NCBI GenBank assembly: GCA_026991575.1
Contig: JALXBF010000191.1
Coordinates: forward strand, 1 to 64,000
Origin: Planctomycetota bacterium
GTDB lineage: Bacteria > Planctomycetota > Planctomycetia > JALXBF01
Reading direction: 5' to 3'
Length of the DNA stretch: 64,000 bases
Shown here: positions 31,388 through 41,048 of the stretch, piece after piece
How the letters are laid out: each line of letters opens with the position of its first letter
Position numbering within the stretch: position 1 is the first letter of the stretch
Made by a program: the position numbers and the translations under genes
The notes under the pieces: model-generated
Database searches by the model: none
Told to the model about the DNA's origin: nothing
The model's input: the letters and a program-made list of their open reading frames with translations, nothing else

Positions 31388-32239
31388 GTGGCCACCCCCT
31401 TGTTCTCGGTTCACGGCGGTCATTCTCGGTACGGAGACGGCACTGGCGACATCTGGCAGTTCGCTGAGGCAGCAGAGCGGGCCGGCCTGATCGCGTTCGG
31501 CTTCTCAGAGCATCTACCTGAGCCGAGCCACCGAACCTTCCGTTCCGAGCACCTCTTCCTGGGGCAGCGGGACCGTGCCTGGTATGTCGATTACATGGAC
31601 GACGTTGACACGGTCCGACATGGCTTTGCAGCGACGGTGGACATCCTCTGCAGCATCGAGGTGGACTACATACGCGGTGCGCGAGAGTGGGTCCTGAGCC
31701 AACTGGCGCGGCTCGACCTGGACTACGTCGTCGGATCGGTGCATTACGTGCGGCTCGAGGACGAGGACGTCTGCATCGACGCAGACCGCGAATCCGCCGA
31801 GGAGGCCGTGAGGCGCGCAGGCGGCGAGGAAGCTCTTTTCCTAACGTACCTCCAGCACGTTCGCGAGCTGCTGCAGTGGGGCCTGGTCGATGTTGTAGCC
31901 CATTTCGACCTGGTCAAGATGCACTTTGGCGCGTTTCCGGAGACCCCCCGGTTACGGGCCGCCGTGGAAGAGACACTGGAGGTGATGAGGACGGCGAAAG
32001 CCGTGATCGAAATCAACACACGCGGTCTTAAGAAACCATGCCGCCGCATGTACCCTGAACCGTGGATCCTCGCCCTGGCGTGCCGCATGGGGATCCCCGT
32101 GACCCTCTCCGATGACTCACACAGCCCCGAGGAGGTCGGCTTCAAACTCGAAGAAGCCGCCCGGATGGCATACGATGCCGGCTATCGCCGGTTGACCCGC
32201 TTCCACCAGGGGCGGAAGCGATCCACCATTCCGCTGTAA
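31388..32239 (+). CDS. PHP-family histidinol-phosphatase-like hydrolase (HisJ/HisK type)
   Basis: H.GHS, GFSEH.P, IEVDY, DYVVGSVH, VAHFDLVK, EINT.GL, YP, SDDSH. Confidence 0.85.
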   Translation: MATPLFSVHGGHSRYGDGTGDIWQFAEAAERAGLIAFGFSEHLPEPSHRTFRSEHLFLGQRDRAWYVDYMDDVDTVRHGFAATVDILCSIEVDYIRGAREWVLSQLARLDLDYVVGSVHYVRLEDEDVCIDADRESAEEAVRRAGGEEALFLTYLQHVRELLQWGLVDVVAHFDLVKMHFGAFPETPRLRAAVEETLEVMRTAKAVIEINTRGLKKPCRRMYPEPWILALACRMGIPVTLSDDSHSPEEVGFKLEEAARMAYDAGYRRLTRFHQGRKRSTIPL

Positions 32240-32424
32240 TCGCAGGAACAGCTTAGCCGCTATGGCCGCACGAGCGACCGGGCCAGGTCTAGCGCAGCTG
32301 GAACGACTGAGCAGCAGTATTCTGCGTGGGCAGCCCTGGCCGGCTCAGTTGGCTCGTGCTCGACAGCGTGTGGCGTTCTTGGCAGAATAGGCGGCGACTG
32401 CAAGAGCAAGGAGGCTGACGTGCG

Positions 32425-33540
32425 ATGTTCCGGCGTCGTGTGGACTGGCCAATCCTGGCGGCGGCTGCCCTGTTGGTTGCCATCGGACTGGATGCACTAC
32501 GAGCTACGGAACGGTCCGTTGCTGGCGTTCCGCTGATGCACCGGCAGCTTGCGTGGCTCGGGCTGGCGCTGGTTGCGGCTGCGGGCGTTGCAGCGGTACC
32601 GGCTCGCCTGATCAAGCTTGCCTGGCTTCCGGCTTGGGTTGCGACGGTTGCCGCGCTGAGTGTGGTCCTGATGCAGCCGCCGATCAACGGGGCTCGGAGT
32701 TGGTTTCGGCTGGGAGCGGTCAGCATGCAACCCTCCGAGCTGGCGAAGCTGACCGTGGGGCTATCACTGGCGGCCGTGGCCGGCAGCTATCGCAGGCTGA
32801 GGGCACGCCAGATCGCCCTCCTAGCCGGTCTGGTAGCAGTGCCGATGGCGTTGACGCTGCTTCAGCCGGACGTCGGGTCAGCCGCGGTGCTCGTTCCGAT
32901 GTGGCTGGGGGTGCTGTTTGCTGCGGGGGCCTCGTGGCGGTGGCTCACCCTGCACGCGGTCGTGATCGCTGCAGCGGCACTGGCCGCATGGCCGGCGTTG
33001 ACCCCCGAGCAAAAGGCTCGCTTTACGTCGTTCTTGCGTCAGCGCGACCTGGGACCGCCTGAACTGGACGAGGGCTATCAGCTGCACCAGTCCAAACGAA
33101 TCATCGTGCAAGCTGGCCTACTGGGCAGCCGATCCGCGCTTGAGGTCCACTTGCCCATGGCCCACAACGACTTTGTCTTTGCTCTCGTGGTCGGGCGGCG
33201 CGGCCTGGTAGGAGCCGTGGCTGTGATTGCGTCCGTGGTGGTCATCACGGTGCGCTTGCTGCGGCGAGCTGCCCGAGCGGACGACCGCAGCTCGGCACTC
33301 CTGGCGGTCGCGGTCGCATGCTGGCTGGCTGCCCAGGCGCTGACGAACGTTGCCATGACGGTGGGGCTAGCACCGATCACCGGCATCACGCTGCCACTGG
33401 TGAGCTACGGCGGGACAAGCTTGCTGAGCGTGGTTCTGGCTCTGACGCTTAGTATGAAACTTACGGCGCCGGCGGCGACGCCCAGTTGCGCCATGTCCGT
33501 GCGTGCTCCTCGGTGGGAGACCGCATGGATCGGCCGGTAG
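32425..33540 (+). CDS. SEDS family peptidoglycan glycosyltransferase (RodA/FtsW)
   Basis: INGARSWF, QPSELAK, LQPD.G, GYQL.QS, LP.AHNDFVF, N..M..GL.PITGITLPLVSYGGTS. Confidence 0.92.
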   Translation: MFRRRVDWPILAAAALLVAIGLDALRATERSVAGVPLMHRQLAWLGLALVAAAGVAAVPARLIKLAWLPAWVATVAALSVVLMQPPINGARSWFRLGAVSMQPSELAKLTVGLSLAAVAGSYRRLRARQIALLAGLVAVPMALTLLQPDVGSAAVLVPMWLGVLFAAGASWRWLTLHAVVIAAAALAAWPALTPEQKARFTSFLRQRDLGPPELDEGYQLHQSKRIIVQAGLLGSRSALEVHLPMAHNDFVFALVVGRRGLVGAVAVIASVVVITVRLLRRAARADDRSSALLAVAVACWLAAQALTNVAMTVGLAPITGITLPLVSYGGTSLLSVVLALTLSMKLTAPAATPSCAMSVRAPRWETAWIGR

Positions 33541-33597
33541 GGGAAGCGACCGTGGGGGGCGGCAGCAGGCAGCAACGGCGCGGCCCGGACTTCCAGA

Positions 33598-34260
33598 TCA
33601 GCTTCGGTGCTTGCTGACCGAGCCCGTTTCCTGCTCCATCATTCGCGGTGTCATCTCACTGGATCCGTCCTCTTGCTCGACAGCCCGCAACACGGCCGAG
33701 AAGAACGCATCCAGGCTGCGGCGGGTCGCTTTGCTGATCGGGACCACCGGCTGAACCAGATCGGCGGCGATCTCAGGAGCTTCTTGCGTCAGAAACCGTC
33801 TCACCGCTGCCTGTCCGGCCAAGGGCAGCCCGTCGCTGTCCGACGCCTCGGCAACGTCCGCGGCGATAGGTCGCCGGGGCGAGCCATCAAGCGTCTCAGT
33901 CGGGCCGCGGTTCGATGTGTGGACAAGCCAACCGACGATGGCCAGTAGCGCGGTCATGACGAGCAGGCCGAGGGTCGGTTGCGTCCAGCTGGAGCGGAAG
34001 GCTGGCTCGCTCACTGGAGCCGCAGGTAGACCGGCCGATACCGCGGCGGCTGCGGGACGCGACGCGTCCGGCCCCGTGGTGGTGGCAGCGGCCAGCCCGC
34101 GGAGGCCGACGGCCAAGGCCTGGTATCCAGCGTAGAGCCGTGCGCAGGAGGGGCACATGGCCCGGTGCTCGGCCGCCTCGGGCTGCTCCATTGCCTGAGC
34201 CGGTGGCCGGCCTTCATCGAGTAGTTCATTGAGCAGACGTTCGAATTCGTCGCAGAGCAT
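33598..34260 (-). CDS. Putative zinc-binding anti-sigma factor (single TM)
   Basis: N-terminal C..F...L...LD followed by H...C..C (HRAMCPSC), one TM helix; directly downstream of the ECF sigma gene. Confidence 0.75.
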   Translation of the reverse strand: MLCDEFERLLNELLDEGRPPAQAMEQPEAAEHRAMCPSCARLYAGYQALAVGLRGLAAATTTGPDASRPAAAAVSAGLPAAPVSEPAFRSSWTQPTLGLLVMTALLAIVGWLVHTSNRGPTETLDGSPRRPIAADVAEASDSDGLPLAGQAAVRRFLTQEAPEIAADLVQPVVPISKATRRSLDAFFSAVLRAVEQEDGSSEMTPRMMEQETGSVSKHRS

Positions 34261-34293
34261 AGCTCTTCCCCAGCGTGGCCCGGTCCACCGTTG

Positions 34294-34908
34294 CTAGCGA
34301 AGCAGGCGGTCCAGGCTTACGGTCGTGCCGCGGACCTTTTCTGCATTCCAGCCCTGCTGAGCCAACTTCCGTGCCAGCTCACCGCGAGCCCGATGCAGCC
34401 AGGTCTTAACCGTGCCGATGGGCCGGTCCAGAATCGCGGCGATCTCGTCGTAGCCCTTGCCCTCCAGATGGAAGAGCCGCACAACGGTTCGGTACTCCGG
34501 TCGGAGTTCGGCCAGCGCGTTGCGCAGCGCCTCCAGCAGCGCCTCATTCAGCTCCGGAGCCGGATCCACCGGCGACGGCGCTACCAGCTCCGCGTCGGCC
34601 GCCAGCACGGGACCGCGGCGGTGGTTGCGGGCCAGCGTCGTGCGGCAACGATTCACCGCGATCGATGCCACCCAACTGTGCAATGGCCGCCGTTGGTCCC
34701 AGCTCGCCAGGTGTTTGAATACCCGGAGAAAGACCTCCTGGATGGTATCTTCCGCGTCCGGCCCGTGGCCCAGCATACGGAAGCACACGCCGGAGACGAC
34801 CGGACCGAGCCGCGCGACGAGTTCGTCGCGTGCCGTCGCGTCGCCGGCCAGTGACCGTTGCACTAGCTGGACGTCAAGCTCGTGCTGATCCACGGTACAC
34901 GCGCCCAT
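34294..34908 (-). CDS. ECF RNA polymerase sigma-70 factor
   Basis: DAEDTIQEVFLRVF, W..SIA.N, R.V..L....G..Y.EIA..L..P.GTVKTWLHRAR; start 34908 or 34893. Confidence 0.93.
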   Translation of the reverse strand: MGACTVDQHELDVQLVQRSLAGDATARDELVARLGPVVSGVCFRMLGHGPDAEDTIQEVFLRVFKHLASWDQRRPLHSWVASIAVNRCRTTLARNHRRGPVLAADAELVAPSPVDPAPELNEALLEALRNALAELRPEYRTVVRLFHLEGKGYDEIAAILDRPIGTVKTWLHRARGELARKLAQQGWNAEKVRGTTVSLDRLLR

Positions 34909-34920
34909 TCTGCAAGAGAA

Positions 34921-34946
34921 TACCGCTGGCTGCGCTTTTGGTTTCA
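34921..34946 (-). promoter_or_regulatory. ECF-type (autoregulatory) promoter
   Basis: TGAAAC-N16-GGTA on the minus strand just upstream of the ECF sigma start. Confidence 0.55.
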
Positions 34947-35069
34947 GCGAGGCCCGGCTGACCGCCGCCCCAGCCACAGAGGCGTGCCGGTCAGCCGCCG
35001 ACACAGCACAGCGGTGCTGGTGCGGGCTGGGTTGGCCGAGCGCGGTCGCCCGGCGGCGTTGCCGGTCTG

Positions 35070-35285
35070 CTAGCCGCGTGCGGCCGCGGCGGCTTGTTCG
35101 CAACATTCGCGGACAAGCTGAAGAGCTTTCTTGTAGGCCCGTTTGATGACCATCGCCCGCCCTTCGAGCTGGTCGTCTGTGAAGGACCGCTGTGCTTCAG
35201 CCGGGGGCAGGCCCGCAAGGGCCAGCGTCAGCGGCAGAAGATCGAGGAAACGGCGGTATTCCCGGTTCAGATCGGCCTGCGACAT
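35070..35285 (-). CDS. Small hypothetical protein (71 aa)
   Basis: Strong AAGGAGG RBS; MSQADLNREYRRFLDLLPLTLALAGLP...; helical, non-random composition. Confidence 0.7.
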   Translation of the reverse strand: MSQADLNREYRRFLDLLPLTLALAGLPPAEAQRSFTDDQLEGRAMVIKRAYKKALQLVRECCEQAAAAARG

Positions 35286-35466
35286 GCCTCGCCTCCTTCG
35301 GTCGTGTCCGCAGCTATGACCTATCAACCACGATAGCGTTGGCAGTAGCCGGCTGGCAACTACCCCCGGACCGGGTGGCCCGGCGTGGTCGTTGACTTTT
35401 TGCGCTCGGTTGCAGAGAATCGACGCTTGGTGATGTATCCACCGACCCTTCGCGCGAGAGCCAGCG

Positions 35467-36474
35467 ATGAACGGTGAGCTGCGCGTGTTTTCTGGGCGAG
35501 CCAACCCGACTCTGGCCCGGGCCATTGCCGACTACCTCGGTATCGGCCTGGGGCAGATGCAGATTAGCGAGTTCCCGGACGGCGAGGTGATCTGTCGGAT
35601 CGAAGAGGATGTTCGTGGTCGGGACGTGTTCATCATCCAGCCGACCTGTCCGCCGGTGGCGCAGAACCTGGTCGAGCTGCTTGTGATGATCGACTGCTTC
35701 AAGAGGGCCTCGGCGGGCCGGATCACCGCGGTGATTCCCTACTACGGCTTCGCTCGCCAGGAGCGCAAGGACACCGGACGGGTGCCGATCACGGCCAAGC
35801 TTGTAGCGAACCTGATCGAACGGGCCGGCGCCAACCGCGTGCTTACCGTCGACCTGCATTCCAACGCGATTCAGGGCTTTTTCGACATCCCGGTTGATCA
35901 TCTGTACGCCGCGCCGGTTATCGATGCCTATTTCCTCCAGCTTGGGCTCCCGCGTGAAGAGGTCGTGGTGGTGGCACCTGATGAGGGGGCGATCAAGCGG
36001 TGCATCCCGCATCAGGAGCGGTTGGCGAACGGGTTTGCCATTGTGGACAAGCGGCGAGCAAGCGCGACGCGTACGGAGCAGGCGAATCTGATCGGTAGCA
36101 GTCTTGACGGCAAGATCGCCCTGCTGATCGACGACATGATCTCCACGGGCGGGTCGATCCTGGGTGCGGCCCGTATCTGTCGTGAGCACGGAGCTCGGCA
36201 GGTGATCGCCTGTGCGACCCACCCCGTTCTGTGCGGTGGTGCGGTGGAGAAGCTGCGGAACCCGGCGATTGATGAGGTGGTTGTCTGTGACACGATCCCG
36301 GTGCCGCCGCCGAAACGACTGGAGAAGATGGTCATCCTGTCGGTAGCCCCGCTACTTGGAGAAGCCATCAAGCGGATCTACCGGCACGAATCGGTGAGCA
36401 TGCTCTTTCAGTGGATGCCCCCGTTGGGACCGGTTGGCGAAGCTGGCCGGTCGGGTGTGATGGTGCGCACCTGA
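35467..36474 (+). CDS. prs: Ribose-phosphate pyrophosphokinase
   Basis: FPDGE, PYYGFARQERK, DLHS..IQGFF, VAPDEG, DKRR, IDDMISTGGS. Confidence 0.97.
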   Translation: MNGELRVFSGRANPTLARAIADYLGIGLGQMQISEFPDGEVICRIEEDVRGRDVFIIQPTCPPVAQNLVELLVMIDCFKRASAGRITAVIPYYGFARQERKDTGRVPITAKLVANLIERAGANRVLTVDLHSNAIQGFFDIPVDHLYAAPVIDAYFLQLGLPREEVVVVAPDEGAIKRCIPHQERLANGFAIVDKRRASATRTEQANLIGSSLDGKIALLIDDMISTGGSILGAARICREHGARQVIACATHPVLCGGAVEKLRNPAIDEVVVCDTIPVPPPKRLEKMVILSVAPLLGEAIKRIYRHESVSMLFQWMPPLGPVGEAGRSGVMVRT

Positions 36475-36490
36475 GCTAGCAGCTAACGGT

Positions 36491-38083
36491 TCATCCCTTC
36501 TGGGCAGCCCAGCGCCGAGCTGGTTGGGTCAACCAGTAGCTCCGATCCAGCGTCCGATAGTTGATGGCCTCAGAAACGTGGGGCAGGCGGATCGTGTCGG
36601 AGCCTTCCAGATCGGCGATCGTGCGAGCGACTCGCAGGATCCGATCGTGTGCTCGAGCGCTCAGCCCTAGCTGGTCCATGGCCTGGCGGAGAAGCTCGGT
36701 TGACTCGGCATCGAGCCGACAATGTTGCTTGATGTGGCGGGGGGACATCCGGCCGTTGACGTACGGGGGCTTGCCTCGGAAACGCGCCAGCTGGAGGCGG
36801 CGGGCGTGCAGCACTTGCTGACGCATCTGAGCGCTGTTGGGGCCGGCGGCCGATCGGGCCAGCTCACCAAAGGGCAGCGCGGCAACTTCGATGTGGATAT
36901 CAATCCGGTCCAGCAGCGGGCCGGAAACGCGCGACACGTACCGTTGGATGGCAGTCGGGCTGCACTCGCAGCGGCGACGTGGATCCCCGTAGTAGCCGCA
37001 TGGGCACGGGTTCATGGCTGCGACGAGGATGAAATCGGCCGGGAAGGTCATCGTGGCCTGGGCGCGGGCAATGGTGACGGCTCCTTCCTCCAGCGGTTGC
37101 CGGAGCACTTCGAGCGTGTGCCGGCTGAACTCGGGCAGCTCGTCCAGGAAGAGCACGCCGTTGTGTGCGAGACTGATCTCGCCGGGGGTCGGGGTCGAGC
37201 CGCCGCCGACCAACCCGGCATGGCTCACCGTGTGGTGAGGCGCTCGGAACGGGCGCCTGGTGATCAGACTGCGGCCGGGCGGTAGCAGACCGCAGCATGA
37301 GTAAACCGTGGTGGTCGCCAGGGCTTCGTCCGGTGTCATCGGGGGCAGGATGGTGGGCAATCGGCGAGCAAGCATCGTCTTGCCGGTGCCGGGGGGGCCG
37401 ATCATCAGGATGTTGTGTCCGCCGGCTGCTGCCAGCAGCAGGGCGCGCTTGGCCGCTTCTTGGCCCTTGACATCTGCGTAGTCCAGCTCGTCCGGTGCTT
37501 CGAGCGGCCGCCACACGTCCTCGTCGGCGACGGCCGGTTCGAACTCAACCTGACCCTGCACCAGGGCAGCAGCCTCGGCAAGCGAGCCGACGCCGTAGAC
37601 TTCCACACCCTCCACCACTGCCGCCTCGCGCGCGTTGGCTTCAGGCACGATCAGCGCCCGACGCGTCGGGTGCTTGCGGCAGGCCATCGCCATGGCGATC
37701 ACGCCGCGCACCGGCCGTGTTCTGCCATCCAGCGCCAACTCTCCGGTGGCCCAGAAGCGCTCCAGACGGTCCGGATCGATCTGGCCCATGGTAGCCAGGA
37801 ATGCCAAGGCCATCGGCAGGTCAAACGAGCCGGCATGCTTACGCAGCTCGGCTGGAGCCAGATTCACAATCCACCGCTCCGACGGGACATAGTAGTCAGA
37901 GTTGATCAACGATCGGAGCACCCGATGACGTGCTTCGCGCACCGTTGCTTCCGGCAGACCGACGATGATGATCTGGGCCTGATCGTCAGTCTTGGTCTGG
38001 CCTCGTTTGGACAGGTCAACCTCGACGGTGACCGGCAGGGCGTCGACGCCCATCAACGCGAACGTGTGTGCCCGAGCTAGCAT
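36491..38083 (-). CDS. comM: YifB/ComM family Mg-chelatase-like AAA+ ATPase
   Basis: IVGLP...[67 protein letters not shown]. Confidence 0.93.
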   Translation of the reverse strand: MLARAHTFALMGVDALPVTVEVDLSKRGQTKTDDQAQIIIVGLPEATVREARHRVLRSLINSDYYVPSERWIVNLAPAELRKHAGSFDLPMALAFLATMGQIDPDRLERFWATGELALDGRTRPVRGVIAMAMACRKHPTRRALIVPEANAREAAVVEGVEVYGVGSLAEAAALVQGQVEFEPAVADEDVWRPLEAPDELDYADVKGQEAAKRALLLAAAGGHNILMIGPPGTGKTMLARRLPTILPPMTPDEALATTTVYSCCGLLPPGRSLITRRPFRAPHHTVSHAGLVGGGSTPTPGEISLAHNGVLFLDELPEFSRHTLEVLRQPLEEGAVTIARAQATMTFPADFILVAAMNPCPCGYYGDPRRRCECSPTAIQRYVSRVSGPLLDRIDIHIEVAALPFGELARSAAGPNSAQMRQQVLHARRLQLARFRGKPPYVNGRMSPRHIKQHCRLDAESTELLRQAMDQLGLSARAHDRILRVARTIADLEGSDTIRLPHVSEAINYRTLDRSYWLTQPARRWAAQKG

Positions 38084-38215
38084 GGGCTATGCCCCCGACA
38101 ACCTTGCCCAGCATGCGGCCTCGGTTGCGGGGGTCACCGGATTCTATGCACAGGGCGCCGCCGAAACCAAGCAGGCACTCATCGCCCGCGTGCCCGATGC
38201 ATGGCCACAGCAGCA

Positions 38216-38917
38216 CTACACCGCTTCGCGCTTGGCATAGCGGATCGGGTCCTCGACGCCGGCCGCTTCAAAGCCGCTTCGTCTGAGAATGCAACTGTCG
38301 CACTGGCCGCAGGCTAGCCCCTCGGGCGTCGGATCATAGCAGCTCCATGTCAGCGACAGGTCAACGCCCAGCTCTAACGCCCTCCGCACGATATCTTCCT
38401 TGCTGAGCGTTAACATCGGAGCTCGGATGTGGAATCGACCGCGGCCTTCAACGGCGGCCTTCGTGGCCAAGTTCGCCATGTATTCAAACGCACGAAGGTA
38501 CTCCGGGCGGCAGTCCGGGTAGCCGCTGTAGTCGATGCAGTTCGCGCCGATGAAGATGTCGAAAGCGTCGATCACTTCAGCCCAGGCCAGGGCATGGGCC
38601 AGGAAGATCGTGTTCCGCGCCGGCACGTAAGTCGGCGGGATCCCACGCCCGATCTCCTCAAGCTCACGACCCTTTGGCACTTCGATGTCTGCAGTCAGGG
38701 CCGACCCGCCGAACTGAGCGATGTCGAGTCGGACGATGCGATGGTCGCGAACGTTCAGCGCTTCGGCCACCCGGCGGGCCGCTTCCAATTCGCGCCGATG
38801 CCGCTGGCCATAGTCAAAGCTGAGCGCGTAACACTCGTAACCTTCGCTGCGAGCGATTGCCAGTGTCGTGCTGGAATCGAGCCCGCCGCTGAGCAGTACG
38901 ACTGCTCTACGATCCAT
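38216..38917 (-). CDS. queC: 7-cyano-7-deazaguanine synthase
   Basis: [38 protein letters not shown]...CGQCDSC..R. Confidence 0.97.
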   Translation of the reverse strand: MDRRAVVLLSGGLDSSTTLAIARSEGYECYALSFDYGQRHRRELEAARRVAEALNVRDHRIVRLDIAQFGGSALTADIEVPKGRELEEIGRGIPPTYVPARNTIFLAHALAWAEVIDAFDIFIGANCIDYSGYPDCRPEYLRAFEYMANLATKAAVEGRGRFHIRAPMLTLSKEDIVRRALELGVDLSLTWSCYDPTPEGLACGQCDSCILRRSGFEAAGVEDPIRYAKREAV

Positions 38918-39098
38918 CTGCAGATCCTCGCCGCCCAGACAACACGCTCTGCTTTGTATTGCCACGTAACAGCAATTCTAGACCGGCGCCGCGCCACCCG
39001 ATCGCCACCGTCGCTTTTCGGCCAAGCTCCCACGGCGCCACCCAATCCCCGTACCCGGCCAGCGCCGGGCCCAAGCCGTGCGCCGGCTGGACCCACCG

Positions 39099-39125
39099 TG
39101 AAACTTGACGCCGTCGTCGTGGGTA
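39099..39125 (+). promoter_or_regulatory. Putative ECF-type promoter
   Basis: TGAAAC-N17-GGTA, same hexamer and tetramer as upstream of the ECF sigma gene. Confidence 0.35.
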
Positions 39126-39260
39126 AAACCCCACGAAGCTGACGGGGCCCGTCGGTTGAGCCGACCGGACCGAAGCCGGCATCTGCCGAGCCGGCCATCC
39201 GGTGCCGTGGGTCGAATGGTGGACGCCGTGGTTCGGGTACCGCTTGCGTGGAGGTACGCG

Positions 39261-40880
39261 ATGCGTAAAGGAAGTCCGATTGTTGCAGCTCTTGTCCTCT
39301 TCGTTACGGCGGCCGCGCTCCAGGCCGAACAACCTCACGTTGTTGTCGGTGTGCGGTCGCTGGGTGAGGTGACCCGAGACTTGTCGCACGTCGCGGAACT
39401 GCTGCTTGGTCCTGTTGGCCAGGGCCTTGCTGCTGCCGCGTTGGAACGGATTGAAGCCCGGCATGTGTTCGACGCAATCGACCCGGAGCGGCCCGCGGGA
39501 GTGTACGCGACGCTGACCGCTAAGGGCGGCCTCGAGCCACCGGTGGCATTCATCCCGGTCCGCTCAGGCGAGGCTGCCCGTGCGTTCGCCAGCTCCTTCC
39601 CGGAAGTGCAGCTCGAGAAGATGGATGACGCCCTTTGGCGGCTCGCGGTACGTGGGCGGAACGCCTACGTTCGTTTCACCGATGGTTACGCATTCGTGTC
39701 GTGGACGCCGGAGGCGGTTGCCGATCCGATCGATCCCTCGACGCTGGCGATCCAGCAGGACTTCCAGATCATTGTTCACGTCGCTGCCCTGCCGAGAGGC
39801 GTGAAAGTAGCCATCGTCGACGGTATCCTCGCCCGCGGTGCCCGCTGCCACGGGAAGCTCTGTCGCGCTCCCGAGCGGTGCACCAAGATCCGCCAACGGT
39901 GCCGCGAGGCTGCATTGGAGTTGATCGAGCAGATTGATACGGTGAGCATTGCGCTGGCCACGGATCGGACCGACCGCAAGTTTGTCTGTGAGGTTGAAAT
40001 CGAAGCCAAGCCCGGGACGGAGCTCGCCGAGCGGATTGCCGATACGGGTGAGGTTCTGAGCAAGCTACCGATTCTGGCCGAGGGGGCAGAGCTCTACGTG
40101 CAGGGCGCCTACGTTGTTCCGGAAGAGTGCTTCGAGCTGCTGCGTGAGCGGCTGGAGCGTGCCGCGGACCAAATTGCCCAGCGGCTCCAGCAGAAAGGCC
40201 ACAAGGATCTGTCGGCCAAAGCGGTTCGCGACGTGCTGGAGGCGGTCTGCGGGCAGCCGACTGTGGATGCGGCTCTTGCGATTGACTACGCGGGCCAGAA
40301 GCGAATCTCAGCGATTGGCGTGGCCAGGGTTGCCGACGCCGATCAGCTGCGTGAGACGTTCGAAAGGTGCGCGGGCAAGGCTAAGCTCACCGTTAGCGAG
40401 GATGGCAAGCTGCAGGAGCGTCCCATCTACCGGATCGAGCACACTCTGCGGCACAAAGGCAAGGAGCGTTCGGTCAGCGTCTACGTCTGGTTTGGCCGAG
40501 ACTACATCTGGTGCGCGGCCGGCCACGAGGCACGAGATCGGCTCGTTGATGCGGTGGAGGCGGTCCGTGTGGCCGAGCCGCGCGAGCTGCGCGGCGTCTC
40601 GGTTCGCTTGGACCTGCGTGCCGTTGCCAGGGCAGTGGTCGAACATGGGCGCGACGGTCGGGCTCAGCGGGCTCTGTCAGCGATGGGGACCGAGCCGCTC
40701 ATCTGGCAGCTTGACGCTCACCCCATCGGGCACGCCATCGTACTGCGGGCCACGGTCGATGACCGAATCGCTGCAGCCGTCGCCGCTGCGTTCCTGGCGG
40801 ATATCAATCGTGACCGGTTCCAGCGGTACCTTCGCACGAAGCACCACCGCGGGCGGGCAGGACGGGCATCCGAGGATTGA
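39261..40880 (+). CDS. Secreted hypothetical protein
   Basis: GGAGG RBS, signal peptide (MRK...AALQA), ID..RP.G.Y and FIPV motifs, terminator immediately downstream. Confidence 0.75.
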   Translation: MRKGSPIVAALVLFVTAAALQAEQPHVVVGVRSLGEVTRDLSHVAELLLGPVGQGLAAAALERIEARHVFDAIDPERPAGVYATLTAKGGLEPPVAFIPVRSGEAARAFASSFPEVQLEKMDDALWRLAVRGRNAYVRFTDGYAFVSWTPEAVADPIDPSTLAIQQDFQIIVHVAALPRGVKVAIVDGILARGARCHGKLCRAPERCTKIRQRCREAALELIEQIDTVSIALATDRTDRKFVCEVEIEAKPGTELAERIADTGEVLSKLPILAEGAELYVQGAYVVPEECFELLRERLERAADQIAQRLQQKGHKDLSAKAVRDVLEAVCGQPTVDAALAIDYAGQKRISAIGVARVADADQLRETFERCAGKAKLTVSEDGKLQERPIYRIEHTLRHKGKERSVSVYVWFGRDYIWCAAGHEARDRLVDAVEAVRVAEPRELRGVSVRLDLRAVARAVVEHGRDGRAQRALSAMGTEPLIWQLDAHPIGHAIVLRATVDDRIAAAVAAAFLADINRDRFQRYLRTKHHRGRAGRASED

Positions 40881-40906
40881 CGCCCTGACAGCCCGCTAGG
40901 ACCAGC

Positions 40907-40950
40907 GGACGCCCCGCGTCATTGCTTAGACGTCGGGGCGTCCCTTTTTT
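40907..40950 (+). terminator. Intrinsic terminator
   Basis: GGACGCCCCG(CGTC)/(GACG)TCGGGGCGTCC stem followed by CTTTTTT. Confidence 0.8.
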
Positions 40951-41048
40951 CGGGCTGCGATCCTGGGGAGCCACTCGTCGGATTGTTCCCGCCCTGGTCG
41001 TAGCCCTGCACGCGGGTCCAAGCGTGCTGGGCGGCACCTCGCCAGGAC

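Noticed and set aside
36491..38083. Mobile element inserted in comM (a known integration hotspot)
   Set aside because: The reading frame is intact and no integrase or att-like duplication was seen.
29635..38917. 7-deazaguanine DNA-modification (dpd) defence island
   Set aside because: No dpdA/tgt-like, helicase or nuclease genes; queC and queF sit among housekeeping genes.
38918..38990. preQ1 riboswitch upstream of queC (small AUUGC/GCAAU hairpin plus ACAAAG)
   Set aside because: Loop and tail do not match preQ1-I consensus and the A-rich tail is too short; nothing similar lies upstream of queF.
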